This document shows, piece by piece, positions 25,289 to 36,055 of a stretch of DNA of 64,000 bases. The stretch's first letter is position 1, and each line of letters starts with the position of its first letter. Below the pieces are notes generated by a model. The model did no database searches. It saw nothing but the letters and a program-made list of their open reading frames with translations, and had not been told where the DNA came from. Source of the DNA: Macrostomum lignano (lineage: Eukaryota); NCBI GenBank assembly GCA_002269645.1, contig NIVC01000186.1, forward strand, positions 62,001 through 126,000. The letters are read 5' to 3'. Made by a program: the position numbers and the translations under genes.

Positions 25289-27105
25289 CACGGATGCAGG
25301 AATAGAATGGATTGCTAATCTAGCCAATTCATGGTTGCAGGAATAGAATGGATTGCTAATCTAGCCAATGCATGGATGCAGGAATAGAATGGATTGCTAA
25401 TCTAGCCAATACACGGATGCAGGAATAGAATGGATTGCTAATCTAGCCAATACATGGATGCAGGAATAGAATGGATTGCTAATCTAGCCAATGCATGGAT
25501 GCAGGAATAGAATGGATTGCTAATCTAGCCAATACACGGATGCAGGAATAGAATGGATTGCTAATCTAGCCAATACACGGATGCAGGAATAGAATGGATT
25601 GCTAATCTAGCCAATTCATGGGTGCAGGAATAGAATGGATTGCTAATCTAGCCAATTCATGGGTGCAGGAATAGAATGGATTGCTAATCTAGCCAATGCA
25701 TGGATGCAGGAATAGAATGGATTGCTAATCTAGCCAATGCATGGATGCAGGAATAGAATGGATTGCTAATCTAGCCAATACACGGATGCAGGAATAGAAT
25801 GGATTGCTAATCTAGCCAATACACGGATGCAGGAATAGAATGGATTGCTAATCTAGCCAATACACGGATGCAGGAATAGAATGGATTGCTAATCTAGCCA
25901 ATACACGGATGCAGGAATAGAATGGATTGCTAATCTAGCCAATGCATGGATGCAGGAATAGAATGGATTGCTAATCTAGCCAATACACGGATGCAGGAAT
26001 AGAATGGATTGCTAATCTAGCCAATGCATGGGTGCAGGAATACGAGCTAGAATGGATTGCTAATCTAGCCAATACACGGATGCAGGAATAGAATGGATTG
26101 CTAATCTAGCCAATACATGGATGCAGGAATAGAATGGATTGCTAATCTAGCCAATACACGGATGCAGGAATAGAATGGATTGCTAATCTAGCCAATACAC
26201 GGATGCAGGAATAGAATGGATTGCTAATCTAGCCAATGCATGGATGCAGGAATAGAATGGATTGCTAATCTAGCCAATACACGGATGCAGGAATAGAATG
26301 GATTGCTAATCTAGCCAATGCATGGATGCAGGAATAGAATGGATTGCTAATCTAGCCAATACACGGATGCAGGAATAGAATGGATTGCTAATCTAGCCAA
26401 TACACGGATGCAGGAATAGAATGGATTGCTAATCTAGCCAATACATGGATGCAGGAATAGAATGGATTGCTAATCTAGCCAATGCATGGATGCAGGAATA
26501 GAATGGATTGCTAATCTAGCCAATACACGGATGCAGGAATAGAATGGATTGCTAATCTAGCCAATACACGGATGCAGGAATAGAATGGATTGCTAATCTA
26601 GCCAATACACGGATGCAGGAATAGAATGGATTGCTAATCTAGCCAATACACGGATGCAGGAATAGAATGGATTGCTAATCTAGCCAATACACGGATGCAG
26701 GAATAGAATGGATTGCTAATCTAGCCAATACACGGATGCAGGAATAGAATGGATTGCTAATCTAGTCAATACACGGGTGCGGGAATAGAATGGATTGCTA
26801 ATCTAGCCAATGCATGGGTGCAGGAATACGAGCTAGAATGGATTGCTAATCTAGCCAATGCATGGATGCAGGAATAGAATGGATTGCTAATCTAGCCAAT
26901 ACACGGATGCAGGAATAGAATGGATTGCTAATCTAGCCAATACATGGATGCAGGAATAGAATGGATTGCTAATCTAGCCAATACACGGATGCAGGAATAG
27001 AATGGATTGCTAATCTAGCCAATACACGGATGCAGGAATAGAATGGATTGCTAATCTAGCCAATACACGGATGCAGGAATAGAATGGATTGCTAATCTAG
27101 CCAAG
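25289..27105. repeat. 41-bp satellite, right arm, about 44 copies
   Basis: Same unit as 19030-20728. Confidence 0.97.
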
Positions 27106-27474
27106 CACAAATCAAGGCGTTAGCTGAATCTGAACTTCTTGCTAAGTTTAGCCTCAGAATCCGCTACGCAGTCCGGATCTACAGCAGCCCTCAAACTGGC
27201 TATTTTTAGTCAAATTATGCATATAAATATTCAGTTAGTTTGCCAGCACTGCCTTATTTGGCTTCGTTAATCTGCTGTGCAAGCGTAAAAAACGGCAAAG
27301 TGAAACAGCGGGAGACTCAGAGAGAAAATGAGCGCTCAGTCACGTTTGTTTTCGAGCACGCGGCGATGAATGTGGAAAAGTCGCCGCGGCTGATTCGCGC
27401 TGATTGGTCAGCGGCCCCGGCTACATAAGCGCGTCCCGCTGCCGCTGATGCCCCCATGGCGAGCCTCCGGCAGC

Positions 27475-28005
27475 ATGGGCCAAATCTGCTTGGTAGCCAA
27501 GACCTCCTCGGTTGACAACGGCGACGAAAAACTGGCTTCTGAAGTCGCCGCCATACAGCTGGAGTCCACGGCCGTTGGGCAGTCGCTGAAGTCGTCGACG
27601 GAGCCACCGGCTGAGCCAGTCGTCGGCCTCTCGGGCAGCCTCCGCAGTCACAGGAGGTCGCAGCAGCAGCAGCCGGCCGCCACGGAGCAGCCGCCGCCGA
27701 GCCGCAAGAAGTCTCTGTTCCGCTGTCCGTCCATCGCCGATCGGGAAATGTTCGGCGACCTGCCCGACGGCGTCTCCGAGGCGGCCAGACGCGAGGTGAT
27801 GCTGCTGCGGGGCATGGTGAAGTCCGGCCTGCTGCCGCTGAAGTCCTACCGCCAAATCAGCGCCGAGATTGTCGAGGAGGATCTGCGGGCAGCCGCCGCT
27901 GGCGCCGACGCCGCCAACGAAAGTGGCCGAGGGGAGCCGCCATCGCAGGCGGCCGCCCGGCGCAGCAGGGTTTCAATTTTAAAGCAGCGACGAAGCATCA
28001 CGTGA
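27475..28005 (+). CDS. single-exon hypothetical protein (176 aa) with a putative N-myristoylation/palmitoylation N-terminus
   Basis: GC-rich non-repetitive ORF starting agcATGG (MGQICLVAKTSS). Upstream GATTGG (reverse CCAAT) near 27402, TACATAA near 27422 and CTATTTTTAG at 27200. An in-frame upstream ATG at 27448 is an alternative start. Confidence 0.6.
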   Translation: MGQICLVAKTSSVDNGDEKLASEVAAIQLESTAVGQSLKSSTEPPAEPVVGLSGSLRSHRRSQQQQPAATEQPPPSRKKSLFRCPSIADREMFGDLPDGVSEAARREVMLLRGMVKSGLLPLKSYRQISAEIVEEDLRAAAAGADAANESGRGEPPSQAAARRSRVSILKQRRSIT

Positions 28006-28183
28006 CTCTTTGGTTCAAGATGCACTTTTATGCGCGTGGAGCTGAGTTTACTGGTTTATTGAACTTGTTGTTGTGTAGCAGCGCAAGCACCCATGATAGT
28101 GCGGAACTTCTTAAAAGCTTTACTGCAGTTGTGGAATACCCTGAAGGCAATAAAAAATCAAGTTTGATCAACCATTGCCTTTG

Positions 28184-28440
<257 letters not shown>

Positions 28441-28849
28441 GCAATTTTCTGCATGCAAGGTTCCTCCTATCCGAAAGAAAATTATCCGAGAGAGTTGGCA
28501 GTGTTTAGTGAAGCATGAACTGCACTGGAAAAATCATAAGGTGGATTTCTCTCCATGCTGCTTGGGCTTTCCGTTTGAGTCGCCGACCCGCAGCGGGAGA
28601 GCTGCGGCGGCGCGGAGCAATTATCCGTGGAAAACAATTTTTAAATGCGCAAAAACTGGCAGGAGCTGATGTGGAAAGATAGTCTTAAGATTAAAATTAA
28701 TAGTACTTCACCTAAGGACAGATCAGGAAGTACATGCAGTGAAGAGAGAAAAAACATATTGAAATGTCGAATGAGGCTCAGAAACCAGAGCAGTGCTTCA
28801 AAATGAGTTTGGTGACTGGCCAAGGAGCCAGAAAGCATGACACATGTGG

Positions 28850-29226
28850 TCGCCCACCTCACTCCGCCCACCTCACCTCTGCCCACCTCACTCCGCCCAC
28901 CTCACTCCGCCCACCTCACTCCGCCCACCTCACTCCGCCCACCTCACTCCGCCCACCTCACTCCGCCCACCTCACTCCGCCCACCTCACTCCGCCCACCT
29001 CACTCCGCCCACCTCACTCCGCCCACCTCACTCCGCCCACCTCACTCCGCCCACCTCACTCCGCCCACCTCACTCCGCCCACCTCACTCCGCCCACCTCA
29101 CTCCGCCCACCTCACTCCGCCCACCTCACTCCGCCCACCTCACTCCGCCCACCTCACTCCGCCCACCTCACTCCGCCCACCTCACTCCGCCCACCTCACT
29201 CCGCCCACCTCACTCCGCCCACCTCA
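28850..29226. repeat. 14-bp minisatellite
   Basis: (CACCTCACTCCGCC)n, about 27 copies. Confidence 0.95.
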
Positions 29227-29552
29227 CAGAGAGAGTTAGCTCAGAGCTGCAAAAGCGGATGCTTAGCTGCCAAATGAAGGCATACTTACTCACGTGGTGG
29301 CTCTTTATATTTTTTATTTCAAGCGCAAAGCAAAACTTGCGCTCGGGATTCGTACCGTACAGAACTTATCTCCGTGATAGCACAGGCTTAGTATGTACAC
29401 CTTATTCACAGTAACACTTCGGCGATACAGAATGCTTTGAACTACCAGAAGAGCGAATACCTTAAATAAAAAATCAGTTGCAAAATTATGAACAAATCAA
29501 TCGAGCAGTGAGAAAGCGCGCAGCAGCTTGTGGCTTGTGGCAGAAGTGGCAT

Positions 29553-32500
29553 TCACTTCCTCTGCTTGCTGGCGGCGTTCCTCGCCGTCATCATTCGGTA
29601 GAATTCCTCGAAGTCCACCAGCCCGTCCTTGTTGAAGTCCGCCTCCGCGATCATGTCGGCCGCCTCACGTTCGGACAGCTTGATGCCCAGATTGCTCAGC
29701 ACGTGCCGCAGTTCCAGAGGACTGATAAATCTGGATTGGGGTGTCAGAGTGTCTGCATGGTTTGAAGGCTCCACTCTTGCATGCCCATCCACCTCACTCC
29801 GCCATAGACCGCACTTCACCATCCACCTCACTCCGCCACCCACCTCACTCCGCCACCCACCTCACTCCGCCACCCACCTCACTCCGCCACCCACCTCACT
29901 TCGCCACCCACCTCACTCCGCCACCCACCGCACTCTGCCACCCACCTCACTCCGCCACCCACCTCACTCCGCCACCCACCTCACTCCGCCACCCACCTCA
30001 CTCCGCCACCCACCTCACTCCGCCACCCATCTCATTCCGTCACCCATCACTTCTCTGCTCACTTTCTCCCCGAAACTGAGTCAGCCCTCACCCATCCTGG
30101 TCTCTGTCGAACACCTTGAATGTTTCTTGTATTTCAGATCTGAGTTCATCTTCAGTCTTTCGAGTCTCCATCAGGGCCACGAATTCGGAGAAATCGATTG
30201 AACCGCTGCGCTTGTCGGAGCGTTGATTTCGGCCATCCTGGTTACGACGACATTAAAGCGAATCACTTTGTATTTTTCAAAATAGCTAACGGTGTAAATC
30301 ATGCATAGGACCAGCTCGAAAGTTCAGAATCGTCCCTAATCTTGCTTAAACCTTGTTGTCTGTGGAGCTTGTGACGTGTCAGATTTGAGCCCTTTTTACT
30401 TTTGACGCTCGGGGCTTTTAAAGTTTGGAGTTTCTGAGCACTTAAGAGCAGAGCTAGATAAGAGCAATAAGAGCAAATTTAGACTAGATTTGTAATTCAG
30501 TTCTACAACTATAGGAAGTTTTCACTAAAAACACGGAAATATCGAAGACCTGATTATCACCTTGTCAGCGGCATTTCGTCTGGCGTTGGCGACGGCCCCG
30601 ATGGCCTGGAGCTGCGAATCCGGCATCTCCTGGCCCAGGCTGCGCATCACCCGGCCGAGATCCTTCGTGGTGATGCAACCGTCACCTTCAGGAGTGAAAA
30701 AATTTGGGTGTGAGGAAGCTTTAGAAGCTACCTGTTGTATCTGATCGAAGGGAGCGAAAAAATAACCTGGCACCCTGCTGGCATTTTATATTTACAGATA
30801 TGTAGTCTAAATATGAGTTTTAGTTCTCATTGTAATCCGATCCAGTGTGCATTAATTAAGTGTCACATGAGACTCAGTGTCACTGAGATCGGCTTCTTCT
30901 TCTCGCTCATGCTTATTCTATCAGTTCGTTCAGAACCGGATCAATTGCAGCATTCTGCACCATTCGCTTTGCACCAGTTTCACCTTTGCACCTGACTGTC
31001 TCTGTAAGAGACCTGTATTCTTCTTAATCTCCAGTCTTGAATGCTGTTTGAGCGTTTGAGCTGTTTGGCATGCTCATTGTGGTAACTAGGACATGCTCAC
31101 TTAAGTACCAGGGCAGGCTCACTGAAGTACCAGGACGTGCTCACTGAGGTAACTAAGGTATGCTCACTGAGGTAACTAGGGCATGCTCACTGAGGTAACT
31201 AGGGCTTGCTCACTGAGGTAACTATAGGGCATGTTCACTGAGGTAACTAGGGCGTGCTCACTGAGGTAACTATAGGGCATGCTCACTGAGGTAACTAGGG
31301 CATGCTCACTGAGGTAACTAGGGCATGCTAAATGAAGTACCTGAGCATGCTCACTGAGAGACAGTGTCATGTAGTTCTGTCAATAAATATCTCACATTAT
31401 GTAGCAATAATAACCATTTTTTAAGCAATCTAAGTTGGACAAGACTACTTTAAGTAGCTCGCTTTAAGATTAGCAAATAAGCACAGCTACAGACGGGGCA
31501 GGTAGCAAAAAAATAGTCTCTTTGTCGAAGAGTCTTTATTGATGGATAGCTAGTAGGACTTCCTGACGGGGAAGTTAGCTTAGGGAAGTTTCACAACCAT
31601 GTTTAGCTTGGTGGCAAACAAGACTTACTGAGTAGTGAGCTAGCTGCCCAGGAACTGAGAATTAGGATTGCTTCTAAGCCTTGTAAGACAAAGCTTTAGT
31701 GTCAACTAGCAGAAAGAGACAGGATTTCCGGAAGCAGCTCGTGGTGCGCACAAAGCTGTCACGGTTGACACAATGGGACAATAATCCCCGCATGATCCTA
31801 GGAGGCTGTACTTCTTCATCATCCAGGCTAATCCAGCTTTTTTGCTTCTAAGTACTCGGAAGGAAGAGAGAAGCAGGTCTAGGAACACTTATATTTGAGC
31901 TCATCCCGCTCAGTCAGGGCTCAGACTTCTCGTCTGCATGCAGAAGTGCACCAACACTTATAGGCCAACAATTGACAGCCGGGAGAAGAAAGGTTGAGCA
32001 CGAGACAGCACCAGCTCTCAATGAGTCTCATTTAGGCATGGTGGGCCCGTGGACAACTGAGATCTGACTTTGCACTTGAAAATCATGCGAATTTAATAGG
32101 AAGTGCCTTGACGGTTGGCCCTCATGGGGGGAGGGGCAAATTCTTCGATCTCAAGCCCAAATGAATGTGTTTGAGCACGAAATCGAATCAGGGCGAGAGT
32201 CAGGCGAGAGTCAAGCGAGAGTCAGGCGAAAGTCAGGTGAGAGTCAGGCGAGAGTCAAGCGAGAGTCAGGCGAGAGTCAGGCGAGAGTCAGGCGAGAGGC
32301 AGGCGAGAGTCAGGCGAGAGTCAGGCGAGAGTCAGGCGAGAGTCAGGCGAGAGTCAGGCGAGAGTCAGGTGAGAGTCTGCTCTTTCTCCTTCCAAAGTTC
32401 GTTTTAAAAAGTTTGAGAACGTATTTTTTTTCACCTCTAACTAAATGTATTCGAGATTCATTTATGATGTTGTTCGAGATGAACGCGTAGTTTTTTAGAA

Positions 32501-33274
32501 GCGCCTAACTCAGAAAACACTTGAACTCAGCACCGTAATGGCCCACGTTTTACAGCCTTCTTTCACTAGCAATAAAACTTGAGCTGTGAATGAAGAATAA
32601 TACTCACTGTTGTCTTGCACGGCGTTCTACTTGCGCAGTGTACAATGAGCTGTTCTTGGGAGTGCATGACGATTGCGAAGAGTCTTTCAAGGGACTTTTT
32701 TCAATCACTGCTCACATTTTATAAGACGGTTTAGGACACTGGTAGAGGAGAGACGGTTTTGCAAAGATGTAGCATTTTGTATGGGTTTTGCGTCCACATC
32801 TTATAAATAATGTTTAGTTCTTCTTAAATTTCAAGCTAAAATCTTGTTTAGATCGCATATAGATCATGCCTAGATCGCATATTGATCATGCCTAGATCGC
32901 ATATAGATCATGCCTAGATCGCATATAGATCATGCCTAAATCGCATATAGAGCATGCCTAGATCGCATATAGATCATGCCTAGATCGCATATAGATCATG
33001 CCTAAATCGCATATAGATCATGCCTAAATCGCATATAGATCAGGCCTAGATCGCATATAGATCATGCCTAGATCGCATATAGATCATGCCTAGATCGCAT
33101 ATAGATCATGCCTAAATCGCATATAGATCATGCCTAGATCGCATATAGATCATGCCTAGATCGCATATAGATCATGCCTAAATCGCATCAGAACTCACCG
33201 TCTTTGTCAAACAGAGCGAATGCTTCCCTGTACTCGGCCACCAGACCCTGGTCGAATTTGCTGAGATCAGCCAT
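29553..33274 (-). CDS. calmodulin-like 4-EF-hand protein, 174 aa
   Basis: Exons 33274-33199, 30685-30561, 30237-30092 and 29730-29553 (525 nt; phases 1, 0, 2). [44 protein letters not shown]...[13 protein letters not shown]...[57 protein letters not shown]. Confidence 0.9.
29790..30030. repeat. 17-bp minisatellite related to the 14-bp array, in calmodulin-like intron 3
   Basis: (CACCTCACTCCGCCACC)n. Confidence 0.9.
31090..31355. repeat. about 23-bp degenerate minisatellite
   Basis: GCATGCTCACTGAGGTAACTAGG-like units. Confidence 0.85.
32190..32375. repeat. 11-bp tandem repeat
   Basis: (GAGAGTCAGGC)n. Confidence 0.9.
32850..33188. repeat. 22-bp minisatellite next to the calmodulin-like exon 1 donor
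   Basis: (TAGATCGCATATAGATCATGCC)n, about 15 copies. Confidence 0.93.
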
Positions 33275-34259
33275 CTCGTGCCTCACACACTCTCTCTCTC
33301 TCTCTCTGCCCTACTCTTTCAAGCCGCAGTTATTTTGCTTTCTTCAATTCAGAGAAGATGAATAAGAAGAGTTCTTCTTCTTTGCAAACGTTAGCAGAAA
33401 GCCCTCTGGCAACAATGGCCTCTGTCGACAGCTTGGAATTTAGACTCGCATAAAAATGAGAGAGAGAGACGCACAGAGCGAAGGACGGCAGAGGGCTGGA
33501 GCGGACCGGTGGGTGCTGCCATCCAATCAAATACTTCAAACTTATCTGTTTCTGTTTCAATTTAGATTATCTCTCCAGCTGCTGCCGCTTATCAAGGTGC
33601 CACTCTTACCTCTCGGCAAGTATTACTCAGGCTGAGAGCGGGGTTGCTCTCGCGAAAAAAATGAATTGAAAGTCTATAGCTAAAGGCTTCTGGAGCCATT
33701 ACCTGCTGACACAACCTGCACCCCCGCCCCCCAAATGCTTGCCTAGCGCAGCGCCTCCATTGCAAACCATTGCAAAGAATAAAAAGAAAAATATACAGAG
33801 CTAAAATAAGTTATGCCGTGAATTCTAAAGCCTGCTGCTCGATGAACTAGGGCTTGACAGTTTGGCTTGAAGCAGAAATAATTGAAAGAAACCGCGACTC
33901 TCTTGCCTGCCAAAGGCATCGCCCACAAGCCTGTCAGAGTATCGGAAGAGGCTGGGGAGGCTGCCAACCGCTCTTAATAATGCGTTCTCATTGTTGCTAG
34001 GCGTGCCAGGGACCGCCAAGCATCTTATTTTTTTAAAAATGGCGAGAGAGAACCCGGTGCAGAGGCCGAGATCTGAGCCGCGTCACCCCCAGACTGAAAC
34101 CCCCCAGTCTTTGCCCCCAGTTGAGGAGGCAACCAAGAAAATAATATTACTTTTTTCGAGAAAAAATTCTGTACCTAAAAAAAGCCATGTACACCTATCG
34201 TAGTCACTGTTTTTTAAGTCAGATATATGTGTTTCAATAAAAAGCAATTCCCCCAGTGA

Positions 34260-34550
34260 GCCATGGCTTCACAGAAATTCCCCGTGAGCATAAGCATAGG
34301 CCTCTCCGCAATTCCCCATGAGCACTGACTGACCTCTCAGCAATTCCCCGTGAGCACTAGCGTCTCAACAATTCCCCGTGAGCACTGGCCTCTCAGCTAT
34401 TCCCCGTGAGCACTGGCCTTTCAGCAATTCCCCGTGAGCACTAGCGTCTCAACAATTCCCCGTGAGCACTGGCCTCTCAGCAATTCCCCTTTAAGCACTG
34501 GCCTCTCAGCAATTCCCCATGAGCACTAGCCTCTCAGCAATTCCCAGTGA
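34260..34550. repeat. about 28-bp degenerate minisatellite
   Basis: CAATTCCCCGTGAGCACTGGCCTCTCAG-like units. Confidence 0.85.
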
Positions 34551-34984
34551 GCCATGACGGCTCATCAACTCCCATTTCGTCATTAAGCCTAACCTTATGC
34601 AAATTAAAATTAAGCCCAATAAAAAGTTTAACTAATTATTTGTTTCCCCGAACATCTACTGGAAGTAGCCGGTTGCGCTATATTTTTAATAGAAAATTGC
34701 AGAATAAATGATATTGTATTTCCAAATTAGCTAAATTTAAGTAAGTATTTAAACTATGGATTCAATAAACTACATTCATATTCTTAACTTTTTCCAATTT
34801 AGTTACCACTTCACCATAATCGAGCGATTGTACTTATACAAGCAGCCGACAGTACCGGTATAGCCAAATAAGATACTTGTGAACTATCAACCACTGTTGT
34901 GTCGGAATAAGCTGCCAAACCTTTTTCTATCCAGGCACATCCTCCCAGACCCTGGGTCAAATCCCCGGGATTTAGATCGCAGCA

Positions 34985-35165
34985 AGAACTGATGAGGGCC
35001 AATACGATTGTGCATCAGGTCGCTGCACTGTGCCGCTCTGTCTGGGAAGGCAGCAAAACTGGCTGAACTGCTTAGCTGCGGGCCCGCCTCTCACCTTCAT
35101 TTTTACCCAAGCCAGCGCCCCAGCTTCCCTGCACTTTCCCTCTCCCCCTCTCCCTCTCCCTCTCT
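34985..35165 (+). repeat. dispersed duplicate of iGluR-B intron 11 sequence (51340-51520)
   Basis: AAGAACTGATGAGGGCCAATACGATTGTGCATCAGG...CCCAGCTTCCCTGCACTT is near-identical to 51340-51495, in the same orientation. Both copies run into a CT-rich tract. Confidence 0.85.
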
Positions 35166-36055
35166 CCCTGTCCCCCTGTCACTCCCTCTCTTTCTCACCC
35201 TCTCCCTCTCTCCCTGTCCCCTCTCTCCTTCTCACTCTCTCCCTGTCCCCCTCTCTCCCTGTCCCCCCTCTCCCTGTCCCCCTCTCTCCCTCTCTTTCTC
35301 ACCCTCTCTCCCTCTCTTTCTCACCCTCTCCCTCTCACCCTCTCACCCTCTCCCTATTTCCCTCTCACTCTCTCCCTGCCCAACTCTCTCCGTCTCTTTC
35401 TCACCCTCTCCCTCTCTCCCTCTCACTTCTCACTGTCCCTCTCCCTCTCTCACTTCCTCTTTCTCTCCCTCTATATCTACCTAAATGGCTTACACAAGTC
35501 CACATATTTATGCAATTAATAATGTAGGTACGAGTCACAGTTATGTGGCCTGAGCTCTGGCCGCGCCAAGTTCAAACTGTAATTACAAAAGAATATTACA
35601 CTTTTTTGCATTATGCAGCCAAGAAAATACTAGCGTATCCAGTAGCGCTTTACACTTAGTCGCAAATAAATCCGAGTTTAAAGTTTGCTGTTACATGTCT
35701 GCCCTCAGGTACACCTTAACCTGTACAAAATAAGGGGCCGTATCCGAGGGTCAAGCAGTCTGGTTGGCCAGTTGGGAGACCTGCTGCTAACAGCAGGTTT
35801 GGTTGGCAACAAGTTTCCCAACAACCGAGCAAGCAATTAGTTTTTTGGCTGATAGAAGGTTATAATTGCCCCGAACCCTTGGCAGCAAGTAGCTCGACTA
35901 TACGAGCTACTGCTGTAGACTTTGTAGACTTTTAGACTCGTATTGGTGCCGCCAGAGCATGGACTGCGTGGCATAAATATCTGGCTTTGAAACTGACTGA
36001 TGGAAGAGTTCAGATAGTAAGCCCTGCTTACTGTGGCGTGTGAGGGCGAAACAAC

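Noticed and set aside
19030-27105. Regular direct repeats as a CRISPR array (also the 36-38 kb and 57-64 kb arrays)
   Set aside because: Units are head-to-tail with no unique spacers, there are no cas genes, and the context is eukaryotic.
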